Both the position numbers and the translations under genes were made by a program. 64,000 nucleotides of DNA, taken from contig OY763415.1 of the NCBI GenBank assembly GCA_963667565.1, forward strand, positions 864,001-928,000, written 5' to 3'. The stretch comes from Acholeplasmataceae bacterium. Its GTDB lineage: Bacteria; Bacillota_I; Bacilli_A; Acholeplasmatales; Acholeplasmataceae. The notes under the pieces are model-generated. The model worked only from the letters and a program-made list of their open reading frames with translations, ran no database searches and was not told the origin of the DNA. Below are positions 1-10,595 of the stretch, in pieces. Positions within the stretch are counted from its first letter, which is position 1; each line of letters begins with the position of its first letter.

Positions 1-1
1 T

Positions 2-361
2 CTCTGAGGTAAATTTCTTTTGTTGGTATCCTGGCATCGTCATTTCAAAATCAATAAATAAAAAATATTCATATTGATCTAAAACTGTTTTCATATCATT
101 TCTTAAACCAGCTAAATTATAGAAAACATGATGTGGATGTATAGATTCAATTTTATTAAAATACGCAACTTGATGGAGCCATTGCTGCTCTATTTTTTTT
201 CGTTTTCCTAAAATCTCAAAATCAACAACTATACCTTTATCTAAATAATGAAAAAATGTTTTTGCAAGTCTTTTTGTTAAATGAAAACCAATTTTTCTAC
301 CTTCAATAATGATATAAAAAATATTTAATTCAGAATCAACACTGTCAATGATCTTTCTCAT
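2..361 (-). CDS. KapD-like DEDDh 3'-5' exonuclease (5' part; runs off window start)
   Basis: Manual translation from ATG at 361, which overlaps the uvrC end: MRKIIDSVDSEL...YFLFIDFEMTMPGY. The FIDFE ExoI-type motif is present. Not in the ORF track. Confidence 0.6.
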   Translation of the reverse strand, partial: MRKIIDSVDSELNIFYIIIEGRKIGFHLTKRLAKTFFHYLDKGIVVDFEILGKRKKIEQQWLHQVAYFNKIESIHPHHVFYNLAGLRNDMKTVLDQYEYFLFIDFEMTMPGYQQKKFTSE

Positions 362-2099
362 GATCTACCTCTTTAATCGCATCAATTGCTTCATCTGGTA
401 ACCCTAGTGATTTTAAGGTTTCGCGTGATGCTTGTTTTATGTCTTCAATATTACTAAAATTTTGTAATAATAGTTTCTTCCGTTTTGGCCCTATACCTTT
501 GATATCATCTAAAAAAGATTTATGAGCAACTTTATCTCTCACTGATCGATGGAATGTAATAGCAAACCTATGGACTTCTTCAGATAACTCTAACAAAAAT
601 TTATATAATTCACTATTTTTTAATAGTGGTATGACTTCATTTTCAAAGACCAGTGCTTCTAATTGGTGTCTTTGATTTTTTTTAAGTCCTGCAATTTTAA
701 TATCTAATCCAAGTGAACTTATCGTTTCATATGCTGCACTCACTTGCCCTTTTCCACCATCAATCAAAATCAAATCTGGAAATGATTGATTTTCAATCAA
801 AAGTTTTTGATAACGTCTATAAGTAACTTCTTTCATTGCTTGATAGTCATCATTTGATGTGGTTTTTAAATGATATTTACGATAGCTCTTCTTCTCAAAC
901 TCAAAATGGTTAAAAACAATCATTGCAGAAATAGGTGCCGTTCCAAAAAGTTGAGCATTATCAAATATTTCAATATGAGAAACGTCTTTACCAACTACGT
1001 TTGATAAATCTTCAAGCGCTTGATGTTTTTTCTCATCTTTGTGTCTATAAAGCATGTGATAATGTTCTAAATCAAATTTAGCATTTTTAACTGCTAAATC
1101 AACCATCTTCTTTTTATCACCAATTTTAGGAATCACGATTTTCTGTCCTAAATTAAACGTTGCTTCTTCTAAATCAAAATCGTCACTTAATAAGATTTCA
1201 TCAATGTCTTTTTGTTCATAATATTGATCAAGATAATTATATATGGCTTCCATATATTCGCCTACATAAGAGAATACGATTTGATGTTGATCAATCATTC
1301 TACCTTGTCTAATCATAAGAATTTGAATAGCTACATCTTCATTTGAGTATGCAAATCCAATAATATCTCGATCTTTTTGATCGTTTAGATTAATGATTTG
1401 TTTTTCAGTTGTGTCTGTAATGTGTTTAATCATATCGCGATATTCAGCAGCTTTTTCAAACTGCATGAAGTCACTTGCTTTTTGCATTTCATCTTGAAGT
1501 AATCTAAGAACATCTTTAGTATCACCTTTTAAAAACTTGATGACATCATTAATGTATGACTCATAACTAACCTCAGGTTTAATACAAGGGGCTAAGCATT
1601 GGCCAATATGATAATATAAACAAGCTTTTTTAGGGAGTGTATCACATTTTCTAAATGGATAAATATGATTAAGTAATCTTACGGTCTCCCTTGCAGCATA
1701 GACATTGGGATAAGGTCCAAAAAGTCTCCCCTTTGGTTTTTTCTTTCTTACGATCTGTAATTTAGGATATGCTTCTTTAGTTAATTCTATATAAGGATAT
1801 GTTTTGTCATCCATCAATCTTATATTATATTTTGGTGAATATTGTTTGATTAAATTCATTTCTAGAACGAGTGATTCTTGTTCTGTTCGAGTCATAACAT
1901 ATGAAAAATCCACGATTTCAGAAACTAGTTTCGTGGTTTTAGTATTATGTGCGCCAGTAAAATAACTTTTAACGCGATTTTTAAGGTTTTTTGCTTTACC
2001 AACATAAATAACCAAATCATTTTTATCTTTCATTAGATAACAACCTGGTTCTGTTGGTAATAACGCTAATTTATCTTTAATAAGCAATGTTATCACCAC
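345..2099 (-). CDS. uvrC: Excinuclease ABC subunit C
   Basis: GIY-YIG (YVGKAKNLKNRV), Cys cluster, UVR domain, DLILIDGGKGQ, C-terminal HhH GIGPK. True start may be TTG at 2087. Confidence 0.97.
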   Translation of the reverse strand: MVITLLIKDKLALLPTEPGCYLMKDKNDLVIYVGKAKNLKNRVKSYFTGAHNTKTTKLVSEIVDFSYVMTRTEQESLVLEMNLIKQYSPKYNIRLMDDKTYPYIELTKEAYPKLQIVRKKKPKGRLFGPYPNVYAARETVRLLNHIYPFRKCDTLPKKACLYYHIGQCLAPCIKPEVSYESYINDVIKFLKGDTKDVLRLLQDEMQKASDFMQFEKAAEYRDMIKHITDTTEKQIINLNDQKDRDIIGFAYSNEDVAIQILMIRQGRMIDQHQIVFSYVGEYMEAIYNYLDQYYEQKDIDEILLSDDFDLEEATFNLGQKIVIPKIGDKKKMVDLAVKNAKFDLEHYHMLYRHKDEKKHQALEDLSNVVGKDVSHIEIFDNAQLFGTAPISAMIVFNHFEFEKKSYRKYHLKTTSNDDYQAMKEVTYRRYQKLLIENQSFPDLILIDGGKGQVSAAYETISSLGLDIKIAGLKKNQRHQLEALVFENEVIPLLKNSELYKFLLELSEEVHRFAITFHRSVRDKVAHKSFLDDIKGIGPKRKKLLLQNFSNIEDIKQASRETLKSLGLPDEAIDAIKEVDHEKDH

Positions 2100-2119
2100 A
2101 ATTATTGTAACACAACCAT

Positions 2120-2146
2120 AAAAAAAAAGCGATGGCTCGCTTTTTT
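2120..2146 (-). terminator. Intrinsic terminator after rpoZ
   Basis: AAAAAAGCGA-TGGC-TCGCTTTTTT hairpin with A/T tracts. Confidence 0.7.
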
Positions 2147-2360
2147 ATGATTCGAATTCTACTTCAACTTTTCCATCAATGATTTCTTCTAATGCAATAC
2201 CAATGCTTTTAACACACTTTGCATCTTCTACTTGAAGATTTTCATCTTCCAAAATTCTTGCGACTTTACTTGCTGCATAAACTAATTTATATTTTGAATT
2301 AATTTTACCAAGTAGTTTGTCGATTGAAGGATATCTCATTCCATCATTGTTTTTTTCCAT
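2145..2360 (-). CDS. rpoZ: RNA polymerase omega subunit
   Basis: YPSIDKLL..NSKYKLV..ASK.AR motif, directly after gmk. Confidence 0.93.
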   Translation of the reverse strand: MEKNNDGMRYPSIDKLLGKINSKYKLVYAASKVARILEDENLQVEDAKCVKSIGIALEEIIDGKVEVEFES

Positions 2361-2363
2361 ATT

Positions 2364-2984
2364 TTACTTTTCTCCTATCATCTTCATATAATTATGAATT
2401 GATCTTTCTGTTTTAGCATGTTCAGCACGAATGATTGCCATAATACGATCAGCTGCATTGTTGACTTCATCATTAACAACGATATAATCATATTTATGTG
2501 CAAGCAAAAATTCTGATTCTGCTTTTTTCATACGTTGATTCACCATTTCAATACTGTCTGTACCACGATTTTTAAGTCTGTTATATAATGCTTCTTTTCC
2601 AGGTGGAACGATGAAAATAAAAACCGCGTCTTTCATTTGTTCTCTAACTTTTAAGGCACCTTCAACTTCAATTTCTAAGACAACTTCTTTTCCTAAATCT
2701 AATTGCTCATCAACTTTGTCTTTAGGTGTTCCATAATAGTTTCCAACAAATTCTGCCCATTCTAAAAACTTATCTTCCTCAATACGTTTTAAAAATGTTT
2801 CTTTACTTACGAAGTAATAGTCTTCACCATCAACTTCTCCAGGTCTAGGGGGCCTAGTGGTCATTGAAACAGAATATACAAGATCATGATTCTTCATTTG
2901 GAACAGTGCGCGACGTACAGTTCCTTTTCCAACACCAGAAGGGCCTGAAATGACAACTAATAAACCACGTTCATTAAGTTTCAT
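2364..2984 (-). CDS. gmk: Guanylate kinase
   Basis: GPSGVGKGT, TTRPPRPGEVDG, YYGT. Confidence 0.97.
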   Translation of the reverse strand: MKLNERGLLVVISGPSGVGKGTVRRALFQMKNHDLVYSVSMTTRPPRPGEVDGEDYYFVSKETFLKRIEEDKFLEWAEFVGNYYGTPKDKVDEQLDLGKEVVLEIEVEGALKVREQMKDAVFIFIVPPGKEALYNRLKNRGTDSIEMVNQRMKKAESEFLLAHKYDYIVVNDEVNNAADRIMAIIRAEHAKTERSIHNYMKMIGEK

Positions 2985-3133
2985 ATGTGCCTCCTCTAAT
3001 CTTTAATTTACCCCTTATTATATATGATAATTAAATATGTGTAAATAGAAAAGATACAATTTGTAATCAAATAGCGCTTTCAACAACATTAATCTATGAT
3101 TAATTTATGATACAATGGATATTGAGGTGTCAT

Positions 3134-4705
3134 ATGGTTATCGATGGATATTTTATTAAATGCTTAGTAAAGGAATTAAATCAATCATTAAAAAATTCTA
3201 GATTAGAAAAAATCGGTCAAGTTGATCAAGGATCTTTTTTGTTTCAGTATTACTATCAAGGTATGAAACATAAGCTCATCTTAAATTTATATGCACATGA
3301 TTATCGATTATATCTTTCTAAAAATGACTTTGCAACAAGTGAACAATCACAGTTTTTAACTACGTTAAAAAAACATCTTGAAGGTGGTATTTTATCTCAA
3401 ATTACTCAATATCAAAATGATCGTGTTGTGATTTTTGAATTCCAAGTTTCTGATTATATTTTTGGCGTTCAGACATATTATTTAATATTTGAGGCTATGG
3501 GTAAGCATGCTAACTTAATGCTTGTCAAAGATGAAATGATTATCGATACATATAAGAAAATGTTTTTTGAAGAAGGAAGACAATTATTACCACAAGCACA
3601 TTTTGAGTTTTTCCCGAGCAATAAAAAATCTTTTGATTTTATAGATTATGAATCAATTCAAACACCTAAAGATCTTACTTCTACTTATATGGGACTTTCC
3701 CAAAGAGTTGCAATGTATTTATTTGAACATCATATGCAACTTAGTGATTTAATATACAAACCCACATATGATGTCAATCAAAATCTTTTTTATGTTTCTG
3801 ATATCTTTCCAGAAGATCACCAAAAACAATATTTTGATTCTCTATCTGCATTAATGGACCAATATCAAAATAAAAAATCTTTTTCGAAACAAACCTATGA
3901 ACAATTTATAGATAAACAACTTAAAAAACATATACAGAAAAAAGTTAATTTAGAAGAACAGTATCAAAAAGCAGTCATGCAAATGAATGCTAAAGACATT
4001 GGTGATCTGATCTACATGTCAAATCAAGACTTAAATTCGAAAACACATGAACTTATTGTTGATGGTAGATCAGTAATCTTAGATGAAAAATTAACTTTAA
4101 ATGAAAATGCTCAAAAGCATTATAAAAAATACCAAAAAGCGAAACGTTCATTAGATCCTATCAAAAGACAAATCAGTGATAATGACGAATTGATCACACT
4201 ATTTAATGAATTTAGAACTTATCTGACATTATCACAAGAACTCGATTTAATTGACTTCGAACAGGATTTAATTCCTTATGGGTATGCATCCAAAAAACAA
4301 ACCATAATTAATAAAAAGCATAAAAAGAAACCTCATATTTTAAAAATCGATTATAAGGACACAACTTATTACATTGGTAAAAATAGTTTACAAAATGCAT
4401 ACGTAACCCATGAATTATCACAACCAAATGACTATTGGTTTCACGTTAAAGAAGGCTCTGGTAGTCATGTATTGGTTAAAAGTGATACTTTAGATGAAAC
4501 TATAATAAGAACTGCCTCAATGTTAGCTGCATTTCATTCAAATATGAGATTATCTTCTAGCATTCCAGTTGATTATACCCAAATAAGAAATATCAAAAAA
4601 ATCCCCCATAAACCAGGCTATCAAGTCATTTACAAGCAATTTAAAACAATGTTTATAGACATTGATGAAACCCTCATAAACACAATTTTACATAGTTTTA
4701 AATAA
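3134..4705 (+). CDS. rqcH: RqcH/FbpA (NFACT) ribosome quality-control protein
   Basis: M.IDG start after GAGGTG, E.MGKHANL, NAQ..YKKY.K.KR, NFACT-R GKN..QN/WFH/GSHV/VDYT. Confidence 0.9.
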   Translation: MVIDGYFIKCLVKELNQSLKNSRLEKIGQVDQGSFLFQYYYQGMKHKLILNLYAHDYRLYLSKNDFATSEQSQFLTTLKKHLEGGILSQITQYQNDRVVIFEFQVSDYIFGVQTYYLIFEAMGKHANLMLVKDEMIIDTYKKMFFEEGRQLLPQAHFEFFPSNKKSFDFIDYESIQTPKDLTSTYMGLSQRVAMYLFEHHMQLSDLIYKPTYDVNQNLFYVSDIFPEDHQKQYFDSLSALMDQYQNKKSFSKQTYEQFIDKQLKKHIQKKVNLEEQYQKAVMQMNAKDIGDLIYMSNQDLNSKTHELIVDGRSVILDEKLTLNENAQKHYKKYQKAKRSLDPIKRQISDNDELITLFNEFRTYLTLSQELDLIDFEQDLIPYGYASKKQTIINKKHKKKPHILKIDYKDTTYYIGKNSLQNAYVTHELSQPNDYWFHVKEGSGSHVLVKSDTLDETIIRTASMLAAFHSNMRLSSSIPVDYTQIRNIKKIPHKPGYQVIYKQFKTMFIDIDETLINTILHSFK

Positions 4706-4804
4706 TTATAAAATCTCTAAACAAAAGTAAGCATAACATTTGAAATACCTCCATATTTGATGTAAGATGAAATTGTAATTAAGAAATATAGGAGGATTTA
4801 TCAA

Positions 4805-5410
4805 ATGAAATTTGAATTACCACAATTAGGTTATGCATATGATGCATTAGAACCATTTATCGATGCAAGAACAATGGAAATCCATTATACAAAACATCAT
4901 CAAGGATATACAAATAATTTAAACGCTGCGCTTGAAAAGCACCCAGAGTTTAATCAACCATTAGAAGCTTTCTTAGCAGATTTTACATTAATACCAGAAG
5001 ACATCAGAGGCGCTGTTAGAAACAATGGTGGTGGATTTTATAATCACTCATTATTTTGGTCAATCTTAAAAGTAAATAATGGTGCTACACCAACAGGTGC
5101 TCTTGCAGCACAAATCGAAAAAGACTTTGGTTCATTTGATGCTTTCAAAGAAGCATTTGGAAATGCAGCTAAAACTCGATTTGGTAGTGGATGGGCTTGG
5201 CTTATTGTAACACCTGAAAAAACATTAAAAGTAACTTCAACTCCAAATCAAGATACTCCACTTGCTGAAGGTACTCCAATTTTAGGATTAGATGTTTGGG
5301 AACATGCTTATTATTTAAATTATCAAAATAGACGTCCTGATTATGTATCTGCATTCTTTAATGTGATCAATTGGGAAAAAGTTGAAGCAAATTTCGCTTC
5401 TGCTAATTAA
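4805..5410 (+). CDS. sodA: Fe/Mn superoxide dismutase
   Basis: [30 protein letters not shown]. Confidence 0.96.
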   Translation: MKFELPQLGYAYDALEPFIDARTMEIHYTKHHQGYTNNLNAALEKHPEFNQPLEAFLADFTLIPEDIRGAVRNNGGGFYNHSLFWSILKVNNGATPTGALAAQIEKDFGSFDAFKEAFGNAAKTRFGSGWAWLIVTPEKTLKVTSTPNQDTPLAEGTPILGLDVWEHAYYLNYQNRRPDYVSAFFNVINWEKVEANFASAN

Positions 5411-5430
5411 TTTATTAAACAAAAAAAAAC

Positions 5431-5457
5431 AAAAGTAGACCAAGGTCTACTTTTTTT
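5431..5457. terminator. Bidirectional terminator between sodA and the K+ channel gene
   Basis: AAAAGTAGACC-AA-GGTCTACTTTT between convergent genes. Confidence 0.8.
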
Positions 5458-5458
5458 A

Positions 5459-6463
5459 TTAGAATAATTCTTCTTTTGCCATTTCTCTTAAAATTGCAAT
5501 TTGTTCTTTTGATCCGACGACTAGCATCTTATCTCCTATATTGAGTACTTCTTTTGCTCTTGGATTAAATATAAAATTATCTTCATCTTTTCTAAGTGCT
5601 AAAACCATTAAACCTGCACGCTCTGATATTTTAGCCTCACTTAGTTTTTTACCAATGAGTTCTGAATCTTCATTAATGGAGACTTCTTCCATGTTGATAG
5701 CAAGGTTTTTTGTATAAATAATATTATCAACGAAATACTGAGCTTGAGGATTAATCATGAGCGAAGCCATCTTTTTACCACCAATTTCATCTGGTGATAC
5801 TGTTTGATTAGCACCAGCTCGTTTTAATTTAACATCTGAACGATCCTCATGAGCACGTGCGATGATATGAAGTTTCTTGTTTAATTCTCTTGCTGTTAAA
5901 ACTACAAAAACATTATCAGCATCTTTTGCTAAACAGGTTATTAAACCTTTTGCATGTTCTACACGAGCTTCAATTAAAGCTTCTTCTTTAGTTGCATCAT
6001 CAAAAATATATTTAACACCTAAGTCAGTCAGTGCTTCAATCGCTTCTTCATTATTTTCAATAACGACAAAGTCTATATCTTTAATCATTAATTGTTTGAT
6101 CACATGAATACCAGTTTCTCCCGATCCACAGACAATGATATGATTTGTTAATTTTTCAATATCTTTTTGCATCTTGCGTTTCCTCCAATTTTGATTAATG
6201 GTTCCTTCGCTAAAAAATTTAAATACCTCTGATAAAAAATATCCAATCACACCAACTGATAGTAAGATAACAATCATGGAGAATATTTTACCTGCATCTG
6301 TCAAATCAACCACTTCTTTATATCCAACAGTTGATATAGTAATGACTGTCATATAGAGCGCATCAAGAAATCTAATATTCAAAATGAGCATGTATCCAAT
6401 TGTAGAAAACATCAGTAGCGAGAAAATAATGATTGCCCACATATATACTTTCTTAATTCTCAT
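5459..6463 (-). CDS. Potassium channel protein with TrkA-N/TrkA-C (RCK) domains
   Basis: 2 TM plus TISTVGY filter, GSGETG Rossmann motif, TrkA-C C-terminus. Confidence 0.9.
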   Translation of the reverse strand: MRIKKVYMWAIIIFSLLMFSTIGYMLILNIRFLDALYMTVITISTVGYKEVVDLTDAGKIFSMIVILLSVGVIGYFLSEVFKFFSEGTINQNWRKRKMQKDIEKLTNHIIVCGSGETGIHVIKQLMIKDIDFVVIENNEEAIEALTDLGVKYIFDDATKEEALIEARVEHAKGLITCLAKDADNVFVVLTARELNKKLHIIARAHEDRSDVKLKRAGANQTVSPDEIGGKKMASLMINPQAQYFVDNIIYTKNLAINMEEVSINEDSELIGKKLSEAKISERAGLMVLALRKDEDNFIFNPRAKEVLNIGDKMLVVGSKEQIAILREMAKEELF

Positions 6464-6547
6464 AAACGCACCTTATATCCTTATTTAGTCATATTATATC
6501 ACATTAAGTGTAACGATAAATCATAAAAAAAGGAAGCCTAAGCTTCC

Positions 6548-7099
6548 TTATACTGATTGTGTTTCAATAATTGCATAATCACCATCAGATCTTCTATAAA
6601 CAACATGAGTTTTACTTGTTTCTTTATCAATAAACACATAGAAATCATGTCCAGACAATTCCATTTCTGCAATGGCTTCTTCAGGTGTTAATGGTAACAA
6701 AGTAATTTTCTTATTCTTAACAAGTTGAGATGCTAATATATCTTTTTCTAGTTCTTCAGCATCAAAGTCTGTACTGTAAACTTCTGGAATACCTTGTTTT
6801 TCAAGATGAAACTTCAACTTATCTTTGTGTTTTCTAATTTGTGAGACAAGTTTTTCATTTACTTTATCGATGGCTGTATACATATCTGGATCAACCACCT
6901 CAGCTCTTAGATGTGTTCCTTTAGCAAACACATTGACCTCGACTTTGTGGTGATCTTTGTACACTTTACATACAACTCTAATTTCACTCACAACACCTGG
7001 TCCAAAAAATGAGACAACTTTGTTTAATCTTTTTTCTGCATAATCCTTGATTGCTTGAGTTGGGTTAAACCCATTCTTCCCTAATACTTCAAATAACAT
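6548..7099 (-). CDS. hpf: Ribosome hibernation promoting factor (long HPF)
   Basis: DMYTAID, QIRKHK, EEAI.EMEL.GHDFYVF, VVYRR.DG. Start reassigned to ATG 7099 behind an AAGGAG RBS. Confidence 0.92.
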   Translation of the reverse strand: MLFEVLGKNGFNPTQAIKDYAEKRLNKVVSFFGPGVVSEIRVVCKVYKDHHKVEVNVFAKGTHLRAEVVDPDMYTAIDKVNEKLVSQIRKHKDKLKFHLEKQGIPEVYSTDFDAEELEKDILASQLVKNKKITLLPLTPEEAIAEMELSGHDFYVFIDKETSKTHVVYRRSDGDYAIIETQSV

Positions 7100-7475
7100 A
7101 AGCTTGCTCCTTTTCATTTATTTCATCATAGAGTGTAACCAAATATATATATTTGAACTCTAGTGATTGTAAAATTATCATTAGTTTATCACTGATTGAA
7201 TCAAAATACAAATATATAGAATCTTTGTTATTTTTCACATAATCCTTGTAGAATGGTTTTAAAAATGACATATATGCCATAGGATTCAAATCGACAGTTT
7301 CATGAAGTAATGCATACCACATAATGATGCCTTGATCCTTAGGAATCACTTGATAACTCACATCAACTGGATGTTTGCTTAAACAAGATTCACAAATATG
7401 ATGAATTTCTGTTTCAAATAAATTAAATATCGTTCTCTTTTTATTTATTTTTAATCTACAAATTTCACAAATCAT
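7089..7475 (-). CDS. ComFC-like double zinc-ribbon protein (shortened)
   Basis: CxxC...CxxC at the N-terminus, upstream of hpf as comFC is in Firmicutes. No clear PRTase motif. Confidence 0.5.
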   Translation of the reverse strand: MICEICRLKINKKRTIFNLFETEIHHICESCLSKHPVDVSYQVIPKDQGIIMWYALLHETVDLNPMAYMSFLKPFYKDYVKNNKDSIYLYFDSISDKLMIILQSLEFKYIYLVTLYDEINEKEQAYVI

Positions 7476-7514
7476 AAAAGCCCACCTAATTGATATTAGA
7501 GGGCTTTTATATTT

Positions 7515-9572
7515 TTACTTTTTATAAGCTTCTACAATTTTATCAATTAGGTATACTGGAACTTCTTCATATCTTAAGAATGCTCTTGTAAATGATCCAC
7601 TACCTTGTGTCATTGCTTTTAAGTCAATGGCATATTTAATAATTTCGGCTTCTGGGGCTTCTGCTTCAATGACTTGGAAACCATCATCTTGATGCATACC
7701 AATGACTCTACCTCTACGCTTATTCATATCACCCATGACATCACCGACAAATTGATCTTTGACAGTAACTTCAATTTTAACAATAGGTTCTAAGATTGTG
7801 GGTTGAGCTTGTTTAACTGCTTCTTTAAATGCAAGTGAAGCAGCAAGTTTAAACGAAATTTCATTTGAATCGACTGGATGGTATGATCCATCATATAAAG
7901 TCGCTTTAACATTAATTACAGGAAAACCTGCCAATGGTCCATGTTCAAATGTTTCTACTAAGCCCTTTTCAACTGCTGGGAAGTAGTTTCTAGGAACGGA
8001 ACCACCAAAGACTTCTTCATCAAATTCAAATAATTCTTGTGAAGGTTGAAAACGAATCCATACATGACCAAATTGTCCTGCACCACCAGATTGTTTTTTA
8101 TGTTTACCTTCTGCTTCAACTTTTTTCTTAATTGTTTCTCTATAAACAATTTTTTGATCTTCAATATCAACATCAACTTTAAACATGTTCTTCATACGAT
8201 CAAGCACATATTGTAAATGTGTTAATCCTTGTCCTCCAAGTAAAAGCTGAGCAGTTTCTTTATTTCTTACGATAAGGAATGTTGGATCTTCAATATTAAT
8301 TCTGTGAAGTGCCATTGAAATCTTATCTTCATCATTTTTATTTTTTGGATGAACAGCAATAAATATAACTGGTGTAGGTTGTTGTACAACTTCATATTCT
8401 ATTTGATTTTTAGGATCAGATAGTGTTTGTCCTGTTTCAATACCTTCGGCTTTAGCAATTGCTGCAATATCACCTGCATGGAACAAATCTTCATCGATTT
8501 GTTGCTTACCACGTAAAGTGAATAAATTCATAATCTTCTTAGTATCTCCAAGCGTATTAACGAATACTTCTTGACCACTTGAAAGTGTACCTGAATTAAT
8601 TTTTAATAGGTTTACTTGCCCTAAAAATGGATCGACAATTGTTTTAAACACATAAGCTGAGAAAGGCTCATCATCATGTGTCAATCTTACAACTTTTGAT
8701 TGATCTATTAAGCTAACTGCTTCTAATGGTCTTAATTCATCTGGAGCGGGTAAATAATCAATAAGCATATTAAGGAGTGTTTCCACACCAATATCTTTTA
8801 ATGTGCTACCAACAATAACAGGTGTTAGTTCACCATCTAATATACCTTCTTTTAGTGCATGATGGATGACATCATTAGGTATTTCTTCACCTGCTAAATA
8901 TAAATCTAATAATTCTTCTGAAGTTTCTGCAACACTTTCAATAATTAAAGTGTGTAGTTCATCAATCTTAGGTCTTTTTTCTTCCCAAATTTCATCATCG
9001 CGACATGCTTTGCCATCATAAATTCTAGCTTTCATATCAACAACATTGACGAATCCTTCAAAATCTTCTTGGTGACCGATTGGCCAACAGAAAGGTACGG
9101 CTTTTTTACCAAGTTTTTCTCTTATTTCTTCTAAGACTTGTTCGAATTTGACATTTTCTTTATCCATTTTATTAACAAATAAAATTGCTGGAATATGTCT
9201 TTTTCTAATTTCATTCCAAACTCTTTCAGTTCCAACTTCAACACCTTTTGATGCATCAATCATTAAAACTGCGCCTTTGACTACTTCAAGAGCTTGGTTA
9301 AGATCCCCTACAAACTCATCACTTCCAGGTACATCTAGAAAGTTAAGTTTATAGTCATGCCATTCCACTGGAATTAAACTTAGTGAAAGGCTTGAGAGCT
9401 TGTTTTGTTCTTCTACCATATAATCAGATACGGTATTTTTCTTTTCTACTTCGCCTTTTTTATCAATGGCGTTTGAAGAAAAGAGTAGAGATTCTGTTAA
9501 ACTCGTTTTGCCTGATCCTTGATGTCCCAAAACTGCTATGTTTCTTATTGTTTTTGTCTCGTATGCCTTCAT
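7515..9572 (-). CDS. Elongation factor G paralogue (EF-G2-like)
   Basis: Full EF-G architecture (NKMD, YRETI, KQSGG.GQFG, DGSYHPVDS, LEP) with divergent G1 GHQGSGKT and G3 DVPGS. Confidence 0.88.
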   Translation of the reverse strand: MKAYETKTIRNIAVLGHQGSGKTSLTESLLFSSNAIDKKGEVEKKNTVSDYMVEEQNKLSSLSLSLIPVEWHDYKLNFLDVPGSDEFVGDLNQALEVVKGAVLMIDASKGVEVGTERVWNEIRKRHIPAILFVNKMDKENVKFEQVLEEIREKLGKKAVPFCWPIGHQEDFEGFVNVVDMKARIYDGKACRDDEIWEEKRPKIDELHTLIIESVAETSEELLDLYLAGEEIPNDVIHHALKEGILDGELTPVIVGSTLKDIGVETLLNMLIDYLPAPDELRPLEAVSLIDQSKVVRLTHDDEPFSAYVFKTIVDPFLGQVNLLKINSGTLSSGQEVFVNTLGDTKKIMNLFTLRGKQQIDEDLFHAGDIAAIAKAEGIETGQTLSDPKNQIEYEVVQQPTPVIFIAVHPKNKNDEDKISMALHRINIEDPTFLIVRNKETAQLLLGGQGLTHLQYVLDRMKNMFKVDVDIEDQKIVYRETIKKKVEAEGKHKKQSGGAGQFGHVWIRFQPSQELFEFDEEVFGGSVPRNYFPAVEKGLVETFEHGPLAGFPVINVKATLYDGSYHPVDSNEISFKLAASLAFKEAVKQAQPTILEPIVKIEVTVKDQFVGDVMGDMNKRRGRVIGMHQDDGFQVIEAEAPEAEIIKYAIDLKAMTQGSGSFTRAFLRYEEVPVYLIDKIVEAYKK

Positions 9573-9706
9573 AGTAACCTCCTGTAATCGTTTTCATTTT
9601 CTATATCTTTATTATAGCACTAAAATTTCTATTTGTGGGTAAAAAACCAAAATTAACCATTTTTATCTCAAAGCATATATTATGATATAATATCTTTGGT
9701 GAGACA

Positions 9707-9964
9707 ATGAATAAATTACCCATAAAATTAATTAAATGGTATCAAGCTGAAATATCCCCAAATAGTAATCACAAATGCAGACATCATCCAACATGTAGCA
9801 ACTATGCAATCACTGCATATCAACGTTTTAACTTTGTTAAAGCCTCTTTTCTTACGACTAAAAGAATTCTTACTTGTAATCCTTTATTCAAGCCTAAGTA
9901 TGATCCAGTTCCTGAGAAAAAAATAAGAAAACATAGAGAAAAAAAAGAAGCGAATCATGATTAA
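9707..9964 (+). CDS. yidD: Membrane protein insertion efficiency factor
   Basis: YQ..ISP, CR..PTCS.Y, RIL.CNP, YDPVP. Confidence 0.9.
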   Translation: MNKLPIKLIKWYQAEISPNSNHKCRHHPTCSNYAITAYQRFNFVKASFLTTKRILTCNPLFKPKYDPVPEKKIRKHREKKEANHD

Positions 9965-9978
9965 CATGATCGCTTTTT

Positions 9979-10593
9979 TTATAGATTATCTTGTTTTCTT
10001 TTAATAACTTTTTGTCTTGTGAATTGTTCTCTTTCTTTTTCTTCTAAGACATCAATAATATACTTAATATTGGAATTAAACCTTGGGATAACGACATTCT
10101 CTAATGCATTTGCTCTTTTTTGAGCTTTTCTTATGGCATTTGCTAATCGATAAGTTGCATTATCTACTTCTGATAATTTGACTGTAAGCTCTAATACTTT
10201 TTGGAATTGTCTATATGCATAATCAAATTTAGTGTTGGTTGAATTTAAACCATATCTTATCTTAACTGGTAATGGATTATGAGAAACTTTAGGGATAGTA
10301 ACACCCATCACTGATCTGTATGTAATTTCTAGTTCATCATCAATTGGAATAGACATGGCAATATCTGAAACAATACCTAATGTAATATTAGCTTCTTGCA
10401 AAGCTTGATATGCTTTTTGATATGTTTTTGATAATTCATCTCTTAAATAATGAACATCATCAAGAAGCGACATCATTTCACGAATTAAAATGTTTCTTTT
10501 ACGATCCATGAGTTCAAACCCTTTTTTAGCAAGTTCGTTAGATTTTTGCAAAGCCATGAGATTACCTTTAGTCGGAAATACTTGTTGACTCAA
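9979..10593 (-). CDS. V/A-type ATPase subunit D
   Basis: PTKGNL, G..LMDRKR, KRANALE.VVIP, LEEKERE.F. Confidence 0.94.
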   Translation of the reverse strand: MSQQVFPTKGNLMALQKSNELAKKGFELMDRKRNILIREMMSLLDDVHYLRDELSKTYQKAYQALQEANITLGIVSDIAMSIPIDDELEITYRSVMGVTIPKVSHNPLPVKIRYGLNSTNTKFDYAYRQFQKVLELTVKLSEVDNATYRLANAIRKAQKRANALENVVIPRFNSNIKYIIDVLEEKEREQFTRQKVIKRKQDNL

Positions 10594-10595
10594 GA

